A stretch of DNA of 63,821 nt, filler included, from Phoronis australis (GCA_002633005.1; 11 parts of 11 records of this genome joined end to end with filler, not necessarily neighbours in it), one strand, 5' to 3'; counted from the first letter of the whole stretch, positions 35,641-50,007 are shown. Made by a program: numbers and translations. The notes: generated by a model not told the origin, from the sequence alone.

Positions 35641-37679
35641 CCATATGCCCCTCTCTGCATGGCAAGGGATAACGGAGACAACTTTCGCTTAATTTTTTTC
35701 TCGAAATTAAATTGTATATTACTTGAGAAAAACTGATGACTTGACAGATAACATCAATTTCTGCGCATTTCCTGATATTTGAAAATATAGATATTTTCAT
35801 ATTGAGTGGCCCCGCCCTTGAAGGAGGCCATTGATGACATTCAAGTGGCCACCCATTTTGTGTTTTTATTGACAAATTCTTAAGGGGCCGCTCACAGAGA
35901 GAGGGCCCACTTTTGGAATCAATCACCTCTATTTTCCTGTTTTTCGTGAAATCGTGCAACCGGCTTTCATGTTGAAGGAAGTCACTCCCTGCCTCGTTTT
36001 GGGACCACACGACGGTGGAATGCACTGCCACTCTTTTTTCCAAGCTTAATGATGTTTAGCCTTTCATCTCAAGGTGTCCCATTTCAGACGGTACCCTCTC
36101 TCGGTGGAGTAGTTCGGGGGAAATGTCCCTTTATCCTTCTATACATGTAAATCCGACACTGCCAAGTATTCACGATGGAAGTTGATATTCCAAATTTGTC
36201 AAAAAAACACAAAACATTCGTACACAGCACAGCCATTTGACCCAAACAACCAAAAACGTGAAAAATACAGTAGGATTGCCGTCATCGAAAGGATAGACTT
36301 TTGAAGAACGTGAAGACAACTATTTATGAATTACACAAAAGGAGTATTTCCGATGGTTATTTATAAAATAACGTTACTGTTTCCCGTAGTATCACAAGAT
36401 TAGTATCTCTTTTGAAGATGGTTACTATGAGTTGTTTGTAAGGAATTCCCATATGTGGAAAGCACTGCTGCCTAGACTATTATTTGTGATGACCGTGTAC
36501 GCGTCGAAAGGGTGTACTCTCGCAATCATAAACAAAGATTTCATCGTTTTTTTGTCAGTGGATTTCAAGTCTACCTCGTGAACCGTTATAGGTACCTCTG
36601 AAATGATAAAAATACACCTTAATACTAATGCCCCATCTCCCATATTCCTCCGGTTACGCGTCAAAAGTCTGCAAGCATGCATGTGCAAATTGCTTATAAC
36701 ATTCTGTTTTGATAAACAAGTTCGTTGATTTCTGATTTACTTGTTTATGTAGCTACGGAAATCGATAGATTCATAGATGATTTTTGTCAATTAGAAGCTA
36801 ATATTGCAAGAATTGACGATGTTTTAGTGAATTTAATTGCAGCCTAAAGTTGAAAAAACTTTATAATCCGATCCCCAAATAGTAAAGTACACTTATAGAA
36901 GATTTTTGCATATCTAAAATAACTCTCAAAGACATTGATGAAATTCGGACTACCAAACCGTAGATAGAAAAACGTTTTAAAAATCCTTAAATAAATAAAA
37001 TTAAACTCATTGCTTGGAAAGGTTGTGTTTGCACTTCCTTGGTGTTTTTAGTTTCCAGTAGTATTGAGCAATGAATTTTTGCTCTTCAAAACTGAATTGA
37101 TTGCTTGTCCTTATTTACGTGCACGTCGTGACTGACTTACCAACGTTAAAGATAAGATGTAACCATGCAGTTGGCCCCCGCAGAATCTCAGCGATCCATG
37201 GAAACTGAATTTGAACTCCATGCATTCAGGAAGTGTGTACATTTTTGGGACAAACTATCATTTTCCCTTGCCACCAGAAACTGGACTACCGGTCTTGTTT
37301 CAACTACGCATTTTGAAACAGCCCCAAAGGCAATATACCAGGGACTTCGGGACCTCACCTTTTCAAAAAATACTCCTTCAAAGAATGACCATAATAAAGT
37401 AAAGTTTCCCGAAACTGGATCACAATAAAACGAATATTGACCTTAGAGCGAGCGCAGAAGGCCGCTACGAGCTGCCTGTCTCAATTGAATCAGAGCTGAG
37501 CTTACCAGCAACTAGCTTTAGTTCATCGAGAATTTCATACTTTCACAATGTTAGATCTCAGCTATAGCTACTTGAGGCAGCTCCTCGCTATCGGTTCGTA
37601 TACTGGTCCTAGGCCCGTTCTAATCTCCGTGTTGTTTCACGGTATCTCAACTCTTGATGGCTCCATCCCCGGGACTGTC

Positions 37680-37833
37680 CTAGGGCGGATCCAGGATTTT
37701 GAGTTGGGGGGAGCATTGCAGAGTGTTAGCCAGGGTTTTACCCGTCTGAAATTTGCACCCCCGAACTGCCAACTGCAATCTGGGAGAATTTTAGGGGTGC
37801 ATGGCCCCTTGGCCACCCCTAAATCCGCCACTG
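37680..37833. mobile_element. ~155-bp MITE copy
   Basis: AGGGCGGATCCAGGATTTTGAG...AAATCCGCCACTG; no clear TSD. Confidence 0.7.
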
Positions 37834-37939
37834 GAGGTGGTGGCGATGGGTGGGGGTATTTGGCGAAGTAGAAATGATTTGTGTCCCCCCCCCCAATAAT
37901 TTTTGCCTTCCTACGGGCCTGCATACAGACAAAAATAGA

Positions 37940-40720
37940 AGTTATAATTTTGAAAATAAGGCCAAATATTCGGACAAAATGTTTAATTATAACTGCTTAT
38001 AAACCAACTGATGTTTGAAACGAAGCTTTTATAACAGAAATGACTGTACAACTTGACACACCTATAAATGACTATATGATAATATTTGGATCCTAGGAGA
38101 TCTAAATTTTGATATGTTGTTACGGGCCAGATGCAAGCCTCTCTGTGACCTATGTGATAACCACAACATCGTACAGTTGATTAGCGAGCCTACAAACTAT
38201 ACACGGACACTCGCTGATTAATGTTGTGTTTACTACTGTTCTTCAGAAGACTACCTCATCAGGCACCATTAGTATAGGTCTAAGCGATACTCACTTCATG
38301 GTGTAAAAGATCCCAGGCACCAGGAATGCCCTCTAGGAAACTCACGTATTGCAGTTATAAGTGTTTTGACAATGATGTTTATAGTCATGAGGTTAGTTAT
38401 ATTCCTGCTTACAGTTTTTCAGGTTTTTGGCGATCCATCTGACAATCACGACGATTCATCTGACAACCACTGGTCATAACGGACATTACTCACAGCGCTA
38501 ATTAATGAGCATGCACCGCTGAAACAGGCTAAGAATAGAGCCAGTGAGCCACTGTACATAAACAAGCGCCTGAAGAAAGCTGTTTGAGACAAAACAGGCT
38601 ACACAATCGTTACAAAGGTTTCCGTGTCCCACAAAAATGGGAACGATACCGTGCTCAGAGAAATCTTTCTGCTGACATAACAAAGCAGGCAATATGTGAT
38701 TATTTTAAAACAAAGTGTGAGGGGAGGACAAACAATAAGGACTTTGGGCCCACAATCAAAACCTTTCTTGACAGACAAGGGAAGAAAGGATTGGGGCAAT
38801 ATTAGGTTTAAAATTGGATATAATATTGTCACTAGTCTGTCTGATGTATGTACACACATGAATGAGATTGTCACTAGTCTGTCTGATGTATGTACACACA
38901 TGAATGAGATTGTCACTAGTCTGTCTGATGTATGTACACACATGAATGAGATTGTCACTAGTCTGTCTGATGTATGTACACACATGAATGAGATTGTCAC
39001 TAGTCTGTCTGATGTATGTACACACATGAATGAGATTGTCACTAGTCTGTCTGATGTATGTACACACATGAATGAGATTGTCACTAGTCTGTCTGATGTA
39101 TGTACTTTTATGTATACATCACCTCCAAAACTGGTGGTGCTGTTAATCTCACACAGTCATCAGAGACAAATGGATCATTTGTGAGCAAGTGTGTTGACCA
39201 CTATGTGAACCATTCTAGTATTCAGGCTATTAAAACTAGAATGAAGAGAGGAAACTTCTCCTTTAAGCACACTACTCCGAATGAAGTGGAAAAAGTTATC
39301 GAATGTCTCGATACAAATAAAACCTTTGCTAGGAATCACATTCCAGCTAAGTTGCTTAAACCAGGTGGTAAATTTGTAAGTCATTATGTAGCTACTATTT
39401 TTAATCAGAGCATTGACACTGGTAAATTTTCGTACATAGCAAAACTTGCTGAAGCAGTGCCAAGTTTTAAAAAGGATAACAGACTGAAGATGGAAAATTA
39501 CAGACCAGTGAGTATACTATCAGCTCTTTCCGAGATTTTTGAGAGACTTGTGTTAAACGCGTTTTAGATATTATATTAGATCCGCGGATTGCTGCCTATA
39601 GGAGCGGATATAGCTATCAATCAGTGGTCGAGGATTGGATGTTGGCTGCTGAACAAAATCAGTGTGCTGAAGCAGTGTTCATGTATCTGAGTAAAGTGTT
39701 CGACTGCCTCCCGCATCAACTCATGATTGCAAAATTAAGAGCGTATAGTGTGAGTGAACATTCATGTGCCTTTTTATGGTCCTGTCAGGAAGGAAGCAGC
39801 GTGTTAGCATAGGTGGAGTGTCTAGTGACTGACTAGATATAGTCAAGTGCCACATGGATCCATCATGGGTCCAGGTCTGTTCCATATTTTTGTGAACGGT
39901 ATCAGTGTCTTATTTACTGAGGTACATTTGTATAATTATGCTGATGACAACACTCTCTTAGCAAGTGCTCGCACAAGGGATGATATCATAGCCATACTGA
40001 CATGTGGGTCTTCAAAAGCAGTTACGTGGTTTAAGTAAAATATGATGGAGGCAAATATATCAAAGGTTCATTTTATATTTCTTCGTGACTCCAAAAATGT
40101 ATCCAGGGCTGTTGTCGAGGTTGAAGGAGCCCAAATCATCAGTGAGGTGGACGTTAAATTCAGTACTTGTTGTCGTACTTGATGAGGACCTGAGTTTGAC
40201 AACCATGTTAAAGTTTTATGCCGAAAGGCAGGAGCTCAGCTCAACGTTTTACAGCGTCTGGCTAGGACTCTAGACTTGAGTAGCCGTATGATGATTTTTC
40301 GATGTTCATTTTATCTCAGTTTCTCTACCGTGCTTTAATCTGGCATTTTTGTGGACCAGTCCAATGTAGGGCCCTGCGGTTGGTATTTGATGATTTTTCT
40401 AACTCATATGAAACCCTATTACAGAGAGCTAATCTAACTACTCTAGAGTTTGGAAGACAGAGAATGATTCTAAAAGAAGCTTTCAAAATTTTGAACCTCT
40501 TGTCACCCCTATTTCTGTAGGAGCTTCTCACAATTCACAGGATACTATATAATTTGAGATCATCCTACAGGACAAACAGTTCCCAGTGCAGAACCACTCG
40601 TTATGGTCTGCCATCTTTCAGAGCCTATGGCTCTAATTTGTAGAACTCCTTATCAGAGGAAGTGAGATCGAGCTTACACTTAAAGACATTTGTGCAATAT
40701 GCAAAGTTAACACTTTCTTG
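37940..40720 (+). mobile_element. Decayed CR1/L2-clade LINE (APE endonuclease end + reverse transcriptase)
   Basis: ILGDLNFD, GLSDTH, ENYRPVSILSALSEIFERL, YLSKVFDCLPH, PHGSIMGP, YADDNTL motifs, broken by stops and frameshifts. Confidence 0.9.
38825..39105. repeat. Perfect 42-bp minisatellite (6.7 copies) inside the LINE
   Basis: attgtcactagtctgtctgatgtatgtacacacatgaatgag, identical copies, no spacers. Confidence 0.95.
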
Positions 40721-40756
40721 ATTCAAACATAATCTCTCCTATGGTGGTAATTGTTT

Positions 40757-40913
40757 CAGGGACGGATCCTGGATTTTGAGTTGCGGGGCCAAGGCAGAGT
40801 ATTAGCCAGGATTTAGCCCTTCAGACATTCGCATCCTGAACTGCCAAATGTAATCTGGGAAAATTTTGGGGGGGCCATGGCCCTCTTGGCCACCCCTTCT
40901 GAATCCGCCTCTG
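40757..40913. mobile_element. ~155-bp MITE with 5-bp TSD (TGTTT)
   Basis: CAGGGACGGATCC...GAATCCGCCTCTG flanked by tgttt on both sides. Confidence 0.78.
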
Positions 40914-43483
40914 TGTTTAATCTTGTTAATCTTGTATATAGTGTTTTAATATTTGTTTTAATTTCATATTCATTAATTTCATAACGTATGCATCTTAGTT
41001 GTCGGTGTACTAGTCTGTGGCTAATGTTTTCTCTTGTTTTACTTGAACCAACTATAAATAGACTTGACTTGGCCTACTTTGGAGTTCGTCAGTGGTAACG
41101 GGGCGTTCACATTCTCTACGCATTTTTAGTATAAGACCATTACGGACCTAACTGAAAAAGTACAATAGGTAATGTGACTTAATTTTGGCTTGCCAAGGCG
41201 GATCCCAAAATTCCGGTGAGGGTGCAATACTGCACATAATTTCGAATTCCATTTCGAGTAAAAAGATTCGAGACTGGTCCCAGAACTCTCCGACTGTGTG
41301 ATCACGACTCATTCTCAAGCAGTGACAACATCTGGTGCACGGTTGCGGCGACCAACGGCGGTTTCAAATTTAGGAAGACTAAATGGGACTCCCTGGTTTT
41401 GTGAGAACTGGCAGGGACAGGATGACCTACTAACTTCATTTAGTTTCGACCCGGCTGTGTGCGTCGCGCTGCGATTCGATCTTGACATGATGAATTGTGT
41501 CATGGTTGATAATTCTTCAGTATTCCTACTTCATATCATTTTAAAATGCAAGTGCGTACTCATTTTAAGACATCAATGCGGGCAATTTCGAGTGCATATG
41601 ATATCTGACTACGGTTTCTAGTTGTGGTGGCCAGCTGATTTGATAACTACAGCAATCGATCAACGTTCAGTGGATACCCCCAGGCAACCCGCGATCAAGA
41701 ACGCACGGAAAGTGATCGATAACGAAATTTGGCGCGAGAAGCGAAGCCAGGAAAGGTGAGTGAATTTGATGATCTGGAGTTGTTTTCACTTCCAATGTGA
41801 AAACAGAGACACGAGTTCAGGGCGTAACACAATGAGGAAGGACAGGTAGAGGTTTAAGCCAGTGTCTTTTCCGATTATTGGAGAAAAGTTAACCGAGGCA
41901 TCGCATGAGCCAAAAGTGATTTGTATGTCATTTTGGCAAATTGCGGTTATTTTTGGAATTATATCAATAAATTGACCATGACGTTATGAAGAAATGAAGT
42001 GTGAAAATATAACGCAACTCTTGTTTTTTGTAGTTTTGTCAGGATCTCAGAATTTTTGACACTTTTTGTTGAAAGAAGCGATCGAGAACTTAAAGATAAG
42101 CGATCGGGAACGCAAATTTGTGTTTTGTTTATGTGATCGAACCATAATGAACTATTTACTTATAAAACGTGGAAAAGGTTACAAAATAAGTGTGGTGCAA
42201 TGAAGTAATCACATTTTGCGTCATTACTGTGTTAGTTTCGCATCATAACTAAACAATAGCATAGCTTACCATTAAATCCCCATGAGCACTACATGTACAT
42301 CAAGCATACTATTTTATTTATAGATATTTTCACAAATGAATTTACTTTCATTTCGGGAAACAAGTTCATTGTTATTGTGAGGCGAGCTTCAACGAACATG
42401 TTACCCACGACGTGAAGGTACCCCTTACCAGGGTTTTGAAATACAGACGAAACCACAGGGAACAAGGGTTTTAACTAAGACTAACCTAGGAGTTGTTCCA
42501 TGTGGCGCGTACACCAGGAGTAAACAAATTGTTGCAGCAGATGAAGACGAGTGTCGAATCTTCCTGCAAAATTGTGACACCAAAAGAAAAAAAAGAAATA
42601 GTCAGTGAAGTCAAAGAATGGGGTTGAGCTTGCTCATGGGGAAAGAAAGGAGTGCGACCATAAACTATAGATAGATTAACGAGTATCTATGGTGCGACAA
42701 GACCATTCATGAGATGAATATATATTCTCGTTCGGGAACGTCTGAACAAAAATTGCCAGAAGTAGTGTAAGCTGATTAAACGGGAGGGATTTTTCTTGAT
42801 GTTTTACTGATAACATCGATACAGAGATGGACAGATTGACTTGTGGCACCGTGTGACTTGGTTATACAAAAAGATGTGAAATATTGCTTTAGGGAAATCA
42901 GCTTTACAAACCCATTAAATATTTCCTTCGAATTTCAAATTACTTTTGGAATGTATTAGACTAAATCATCATTGAATCATAGACAATGTATTTCGAACTG
43001 CTTGATAGTTAGTATAAATGTATCTCACAGGGAATCAACAACAACATGAAAACAATTTCTATAATAATCATTAAACATGTAGTTTCTTTTAAAATACTAA
43101 TTGGTCAGAACACTTGCATGTAAGCATTGCCCAATGACACTTGGTATGGCCATTTAAATCTGTGAGACGATTGACTGTGGGTTTGTTCAAAAAGTAGTTA
43201 TGCTTTGAGATTGTGCGTAGATGGAGAGTGAATAATTAAATCCAGTAATTAATTTATTATATGATAACCCCTAATTAGACAAGTGAAACCTATCGTTAAT
43301 TAAGTAATCATCTACAAAGAAGAGTAACTACGCTAGCGCCCGCTTTAAAGACTACTTCAATCAATCAACCAAAATAATCAAATGTCTTATCTGCTATCCA
43401 AACTAGGACTCTACACTTGTTGGATGTCTGTCCTGTTGGTGAATCTTCGAACTACACACACTGTATAGCAACAGTGTGCATGC

Positions 43484-43626
43484 TGGCGTGCGTTCAGTAG
43501 ACGCTAGGACCTAGCTAAAACCTAGTCAAAGTCACGTGTTCTCATTTAAAATACACGGCAATATCTCACGTAATCTCGAGAAGTCTTGCTTTTTAGCGAG
43601 GTCCTAGTGCTACTGAACGGGAGGCT
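43484..43626. mobile_element. Short palindromic MITE
   Basis: CGTTCAGTAGACGCTAGGACCTAGCTAAAA ... TTTTAGCGAGGTCCTAGTGCTACTGAACG inverted arms. Confidence 0.65.
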
Positions 43627-45689
43627 GGTCACCGTCTCTGGTGATGCAACACTTGCAGGCAATTTCTTCTACCCGCGATTCTTCTTGCTGGTCACAGTCT
43701 CTGGCTGGTGACGCAACACTTCAGGTAGTATCTTACTACCCACGATGCAAGTGACAAGCTCTTAGTTAACTTCCTGTTCGTTAAGGAGGCATAGAACAGT
43801 TCTCACTGGGTTTTGCAAAACTCACATCACTTGATTTGTCACCTTTTCTTCACTCTGTCAAAAACAGGATGCAAAGAATGACATGTTTTCAGTTATTTCA
43901 CATAAAAAGCTCTGCAGATGAGCGCAGAAACTTTATTCTCTCTTGTATTTTTGACCCTTTCAACCCCACTGAAAACCAAGCTAGACTAAGAAAACTAGGG
44001 GTAAAAAAGTGCAAAATCGGCACTTTTCACCCCAAAAACACCACTTCCCTGCTGATGCACGACTAAAACCAATAATAGATTCTGAAAGCAAATTTCCCAC
44101 AGATTCCGAAAATGTGGTCCAAAAGTACTGGCAAATAACTAGTTTTTTGGCAATTCTGGCTTGTTTGAGGGCTACCTAAAATCGCAGCCAATTTCTTAGT
44201 CACTACCCAGCAATGCACAATTGCAACCGGGGGCCGCCATCTTGAAGAAGAGCGCAGCTACAGCCGAGAAAGTGGCCTTTTTATTCTCAGGATGTTCACA
44301 AATACAAACAAACCACATTCACTGAGCCTACATGCAATGCCCACCTACAAAATGCCCAAACTTGGCCTACCAGAAATTTTAATATTTTGGCAGTGCAAAT
44401 TGGCCGCGGCCGCAGCCTAACTATTCAGTGCCACCTAACCCTTGCCCTTGCCAATATCCTTTCTAGAATCTTCCTCGAGATGGCTCTGCCGTACAATTTT
44501 CTCTGTACACTGTGGCAAGTCTTTATGCTTCAACTACTATAAGTCAGCTGGATTTCTTTTTGACTTAAGCCCATCTAATAATACTCTACTTATTCAATGA
44601 TTGGTTAATAAAAATCACGTGATCATATCCAATCATATCATTATATCATTGGCTGTTACAGTTTGTTCTCAGAATTTTCTAGAAATTCTAGAGTACTTTG
44701 ACCCCAGAACCCAAAGTTGTAAACAACATTTAAAAATAGATTTTGACGTTAAAGTACATGTCAACAAGTTTGACCCCATGATTTAAAAGTATGCACAAAT
44801 TTTGGGCAGCTTAAAATGGATCTATTCTTACTAATTACTTAATCAATATTTATTCTGACAAAATCTACCTAAACACTGCATGTAAGCATTGCCCAATGAC
44901 ACTTAGTATGGTGATTTAAATCTACCTAAACACTGCAAAAATGCTCTGGTTCTCATTGTTTAAGATCTTGTGGAAATAAAACAAACGTAGAAAGAAACTT
45001 GAGGGAAAAAGGTTCAAAACAAAACGTCAAAATAAACAATCACATCAGACATCTACCAACCATAAACTCTGTAAACCTTCACCACTGGACTTAAATGGTT
45101 TCATTCAAGATGTTTCTGCTTCTTATGCCTGTAGAATGAAGCATACTGACTTCATGACATGCCACCCATTCACCACAAAAAGGAGTGTCCTCGTGCTCGC
45201 GTCAGGCTCACTCTCTTCGTGAAACATTGATCGTAAATAGGACACTGAATCGACTTGGTTCCTGAGCACGATGCTTCATGTTGTGTTTTCTCATATCGGT
45301 AGGCAAACTCTTGACACATGTAACGCGTAAATCACGAAGCTCAGCGGTAAAGGTCTTACTTGCTGAAGTTTCACTGAGTTTTATTGCCATGTGGTCAAAC
45401 TAAGTCGATTTCTTAGTTCCCGAACGAAGCTCTACAACATACGTACACACACTTTTTTGTGACATGCAGCAGCTGAACTACTCTTTTTTGAAGGCGTGGA
45501 CCTTAACATACTGAAGGACTCGCCTTGTGGCTACAGTTCAACTGAAAAAAATCAAACGCATGTAGTTATATTTGTTAGGGTAAATCTCACGAAGAAATCA
45601 TAAAAAACGGTGAAATATAATTTACAATAAACACATCAACTACTTCAAGGTCCCTATTATTCTAAAATTATTGACATAACACCGTAACT

Positions 45690-46579
45690 CAGTGGCGGAT
45701 CTAGGATATCACAAGGGGGGCCAACATTTTATCGGTAAGCATTTGCGCAAACCACGATTGTAGATGCGCATAGCACCGAATGGGGAGAGGTCGGCAGGGT
45801 TTGCCCTCCTCCTGCCCAGGAAATTTTTCTGTTATTTCCTCTAAAAATCGAGCATTTTCCTTGATTCCTGAAGTATTATCTAAAAAAGGCACGGAAAACG
45901 TGTGTAACAGGGAAAATTGCAAATATCACAGACTCCTAATATGATACTAAGAGACCTACTTGTTTATGGTCCACAGCGTTTGAGCGCGAAACCTACTTCT
46001 TTTTGTAATGCTTATTACACGTTTTATATTTTGTGCAATCGGTTCGTAACAAATTTGTTGTATTTAAGATAGCCTTTAATTGGCCAAAAGACCAAATCCG
46101 TTTTTCGTGCTGGCAATAATGACGGGATTGCTTTGGAAATCGTCTTAAGTCAGTTTGACAAAGAGAGAATTATGAGTTTCTGAGTGATTCACCAAGGCTT
46201 CGATTAAAATTCACATCTTACCAGCAGCGTCTGTTTTTTCATCGTCACTCAGGTTCCATTTCCTTTAAAAAATGAAGTAGTTTTCTTCATTGCACAGTGG
46301 AGCAGACGACGGAAACGGAGTCGTTTTTGCGCAGCGCCACTGCCGGTCGTCTGGGATATCGTGAGAGAGCCTATACTTAGCCATAGCTCCGTTACAGTTG
46401 CGTCGTGTTCCGAATTTGACACNAACACTAAAACAGCACACATTTAAATCTTGTTTCATCCGTATAATTTTAATTACCGGGGTTAATTAATAAACTCAAC
46501 ATATCCATACGCTCTTGCTGTTTTACTTTTTTTGCGGCACCCAAGGGGGGCCTGTCCTCCCCCCCTAAATCCGCCTATG
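45690..46579 (+). mobile_element. ~0.9-kb non-autonomous hAT-like element, both ends present
   Basis: CAGTGGCGGATCT...AAATCCGCCTATG; flanks gtaact / gtacct (possible 6-bp TSD). Confidence 0.78.
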
Positions 46580-48739
46580 GTACCTTGAACGATAATTCAG
46601 GCCAATGCAGAGCAAAAATATGTGCGTTCACGATCGCTTTATTGCGTTCACTAACACCATAGAGATTTTACGACTTCGTTACCGGTCGCCGTCTCACACA
46701 AAGACATGCATGTATAGGTAAATATCACGAATTGTTTCACAAATCATAACTGACAAATTGGTGTCACCAGGGACGATTAAACTATAAACGTCACATGTCT
46801 CTTCTTAATAACCTTGGAATTGCTAACGAAGTAGAAATTGTCAATTTTATGAGGCCAGCCTTTTTACCGAAAGCCATTGCCTTCTGCGCCCTTTATTTTA
46901 AAAATAAGCAAAACCCAAGTGTTATTTCTGATCCACAATTAAAGGCTACACTCTGACACTTTTCTGTGTCGCATTCGTACCAAAGCAGCCTCTATTTAAG
47001 AAGAAAATGACACTTAAACTCGATCACCGGGTACATCACTGTCGTCTGCCATTTTGGTTTAAGGTCTAGTTCTCGGTCGCCTTTCGGGCGGTCTTGATCG
47101 CGGGTTGGCCGGGGTGGTGGAGCAGACAGCCGGGAATTCACAGTGCAAACTGTCGCTGCTAGTCTGAGGGTCACAAGCTCTACTATACATTGGTCACGTG
47201 CGGGAGTTGGCATTGCAGGGCTAGAGTTCTATGATAAAATATATTTGAAGACTTCATATGAGAGGTTAAACAATTAGTTCTCAAAATCCTAACCTTAGGA
47301 GCATTTGTTTGACTAAGGTAACTGGGGGTATCGTGCATCTAAAGCCACAAAAGGCAGACTAGAGTTATCTGCATTGAAGCCTGTCAAAATTTCATTTCCC
47401 CCGTACTTGAGAACCTTGTCTTATAACACATTATTACATAGGTTAGTTTTGACCTAGATACTGTGTAACTATAATATCTTTGTCGCTGCACCGGTCTGGT
47501 CTGCCGAGGTTTATGCAACACAGAGGCTCACACGGGGTTAATATTGCTCACATGCGCAGGGCACAGCCTGTGCCCTTCAGAACTTTACTCCAGTATTAAT
47601 GGCTGAAGTGCAAACAACGACGATATTGGCATGACTGGTGGGCAAACACTAATATTCAGTTGATCTGATAAGGAAGTCTGGTCAGACCACAGGACATAAA
47701 AACTGCGCCTGGTGTGTGAGTAGTGTCGATCTTCATTGACAGAGAAATCGTTCGTGCGTAAACGGTAAGTCTCCGCACGCGTCAGGTGTACATCCTGCTG
47801 TGTTGCGTAATATGAAGGTTCTGCGATAGCACACGTCAGCTGTGCACCCTGCTGTGTTTGAATAATATGAAGGTTCTGCCACAAGAGTAAGACTCGCAGA
47901 ATTGCAAACGATTTCAGAACTAGAGTTGTTACCATAGCATGTGTATTTGTGTGTGTGTGTGCGTGCGTGCGTGTATACAAATAAATACAGTAGTTTTTTC
48001 GGAAATATCGTAAACACACCTGTTAGTATGCCTGAGCATCTCATTTGTAATTGGAGAACAAACACGTACTGAGAAACCCAATCTCCGTAAAATGCTGTAA
48101 CATGATTTGAACACCCAAAATTGCTATGTTGATTGGTTGTCGATAGTGGCTCTAAGGAACTGGAGCTGAAAAGATATCAGAAACCAAAATATCGGCAACT
48201 AGCCAGGGAGGGCCACGGGTCCTTGCATATAAAGAGCGGCCAGTGTATTTGTCGAGTTTGTTGACTAATAAAAATAGCAAAATGAAAATGAAGCTATGAA
48301 ATTGGACTTGATTTGACAACTACAACATTCGATCAAAGTCGATCACTTGAGCAGACTATCGGAAATTCACAGTGCGCAATTACGCGGTCAGTCTCGTGAG
48401 ATCTCGGGTCACAAGCTCTAACTTGCTCTAACACACGAATGCATGGCTCACGTGCGAGAGTTGACATTTCATGCCTAGAGTTTTGTGATGTATGCTAGTG
48501 TTCTTAGAAAGTTAGGTATCTCAAACTCAAACATGTTCACAATTCCCAATGAACCTCAGTGTAGTGTGTGTAGAGCACCCCAGGCACGGTTGGTCCAAAA
48601 ACTAATGGAGCGAGTACCTGACCGGCAATCGGAAGGTCAGTGCCTTCACAGCTCCATTTTGATTTGTTGTGTTTTAATAACAAATCAACTCATTCAACTT
48701 CATTTCAGGGTAGTGACCCAGGATATTGCCGGGACTTTC

Positions 48740-49210
48740 GACTTTCGAACATTGGGATAATAACGTCTTTAGTCCGGTTTTAGAACATCTCAGTCTATTG
48801 AAACATATCTTATTGACCTAAATGACCATATCAGAAAAGAATTGAAATTACACAGGAATGCTCCTACTCGATCTGTAAAAGACATTCGACACTGTCGACC
48901 ATAAAATACTAGCCCAACAGCTTACGGCACTCGATCTCGAGAAAACTACTCTGGACTTGTTTTTAAATTATTGACATGGTCCCACGCAAAGTGTTTCACT
49001 TGGTAAAACTCTTTCTGGTCACCTGTGGAGTTCCTCATGGGTCAGTTCTGGGACCCTTGGTTGTCTTATTTATGTTAATGACATGCACTAGGCTGCCGAT
49101 TGTAAACTTTTTCTCTACACTGATGATTACTTTACACAGCTAAGAATCCCACTGACAATGATGATCGTCTAACCAGTGAGCTTCGCAAACTACGCATCTG
49201 GGCTCAGTTG
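48740..49210 (+). mobile_element. Decayed LINE reverse transcriptase fragment
   Basis: LLDL*KTFDTVDH, CGVPHGSVLGP and YTDD remnants. Confidence 0.8.
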
Positions 49211-49808
49211 CATAAAAGTTATATGCTGTATAGCAACAATGACGTCGCATTATCACGCTCGTGGATTTTGTAGAATTATCACCGTCGGAGCTAACGCCCC
49301 TCGGGCGATAATTCTCCAAAATTCACTCGGGCTCTAGATAACGGGGGAAAACGACTTCGCCATGTAATAATCTATATATATTTACGTATGTTGTACCTGA
49401 TTTGCTTATTTACTGATGATTGTCTTTTGTCTTTCATCGGTTTTAAATTTGTTTTTCATCTTTTTACGGATCATAATGGAAATAAGTCTTTGAGACTTTT
49501 TATGTTATCCGTGTCTGGCACTTGTACTTTTATTTTTTGTCTTGTTTTGTGTTTTTCTTTTATTTCTTTGTACTTGTGTGATTCTAATCATTTTATTTTT
49601 ATTATATTAGTTCAATCGACTTAAATATTGCGTAAAAGTTGAATTTTAAAGCGGCAATAAACCTGATTTCTATAAAAAAATGCGTACAACACAGCTCTTT
49701 AAATTGGCTTGTCATTGGGTACCATTTTATGCGCCGAGCATGTTTTCAACCGTTATGATAGGTAAAGAAACATAAATGTTGATTACTTTGAACAGATAGA
49801 TAACCAAG

Positions 49809-50007
49809 ATGGTTGATACAAAAGGATTCCATCCTTCTGATCACTGGATCACACTTTTGGACGGCGAAGGATCCCCACTGTCCGGGATGATTCTATATGA
49901 CGGTGAAGTTTTTCCTGGTGATGATGGTTGCTATGAGAGAATCAAGCGCGCTGATACTTTCAAAGCTCGTGAAGATGATGTCTGGATTGTTGGATATCCC
50001 AAGTCCG
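49809..50007 (+). CDS. Cytosolic sulfotransferase (SULT1-like), coding exon 1 of 5; complete CDS 903 nt / 300 aa
   Basis: ATG in aagATGg context; ...FKAREDDVWIVGYPKS(G) 5'-PSB loop; G|gtattt donor. Confidence 0.92.

Noticed and set aside
38825-39105. Regular direct repeats resembling a CRISPR array
   Set aside because: Head-to-tail identical units with no unique spacers, no cas genes, inside a eukaryotic LINE.
45208-45390. Possible first exon MAIKLSETS... with gtgagc donor (-)
   Set aside because: No recognisable homology and no downstream exon I can link with confidence.
48580-48660. tRNA gene
   Set aside because: Only weak tRNA/SINE-like boxes; no convincing cloverleaf.
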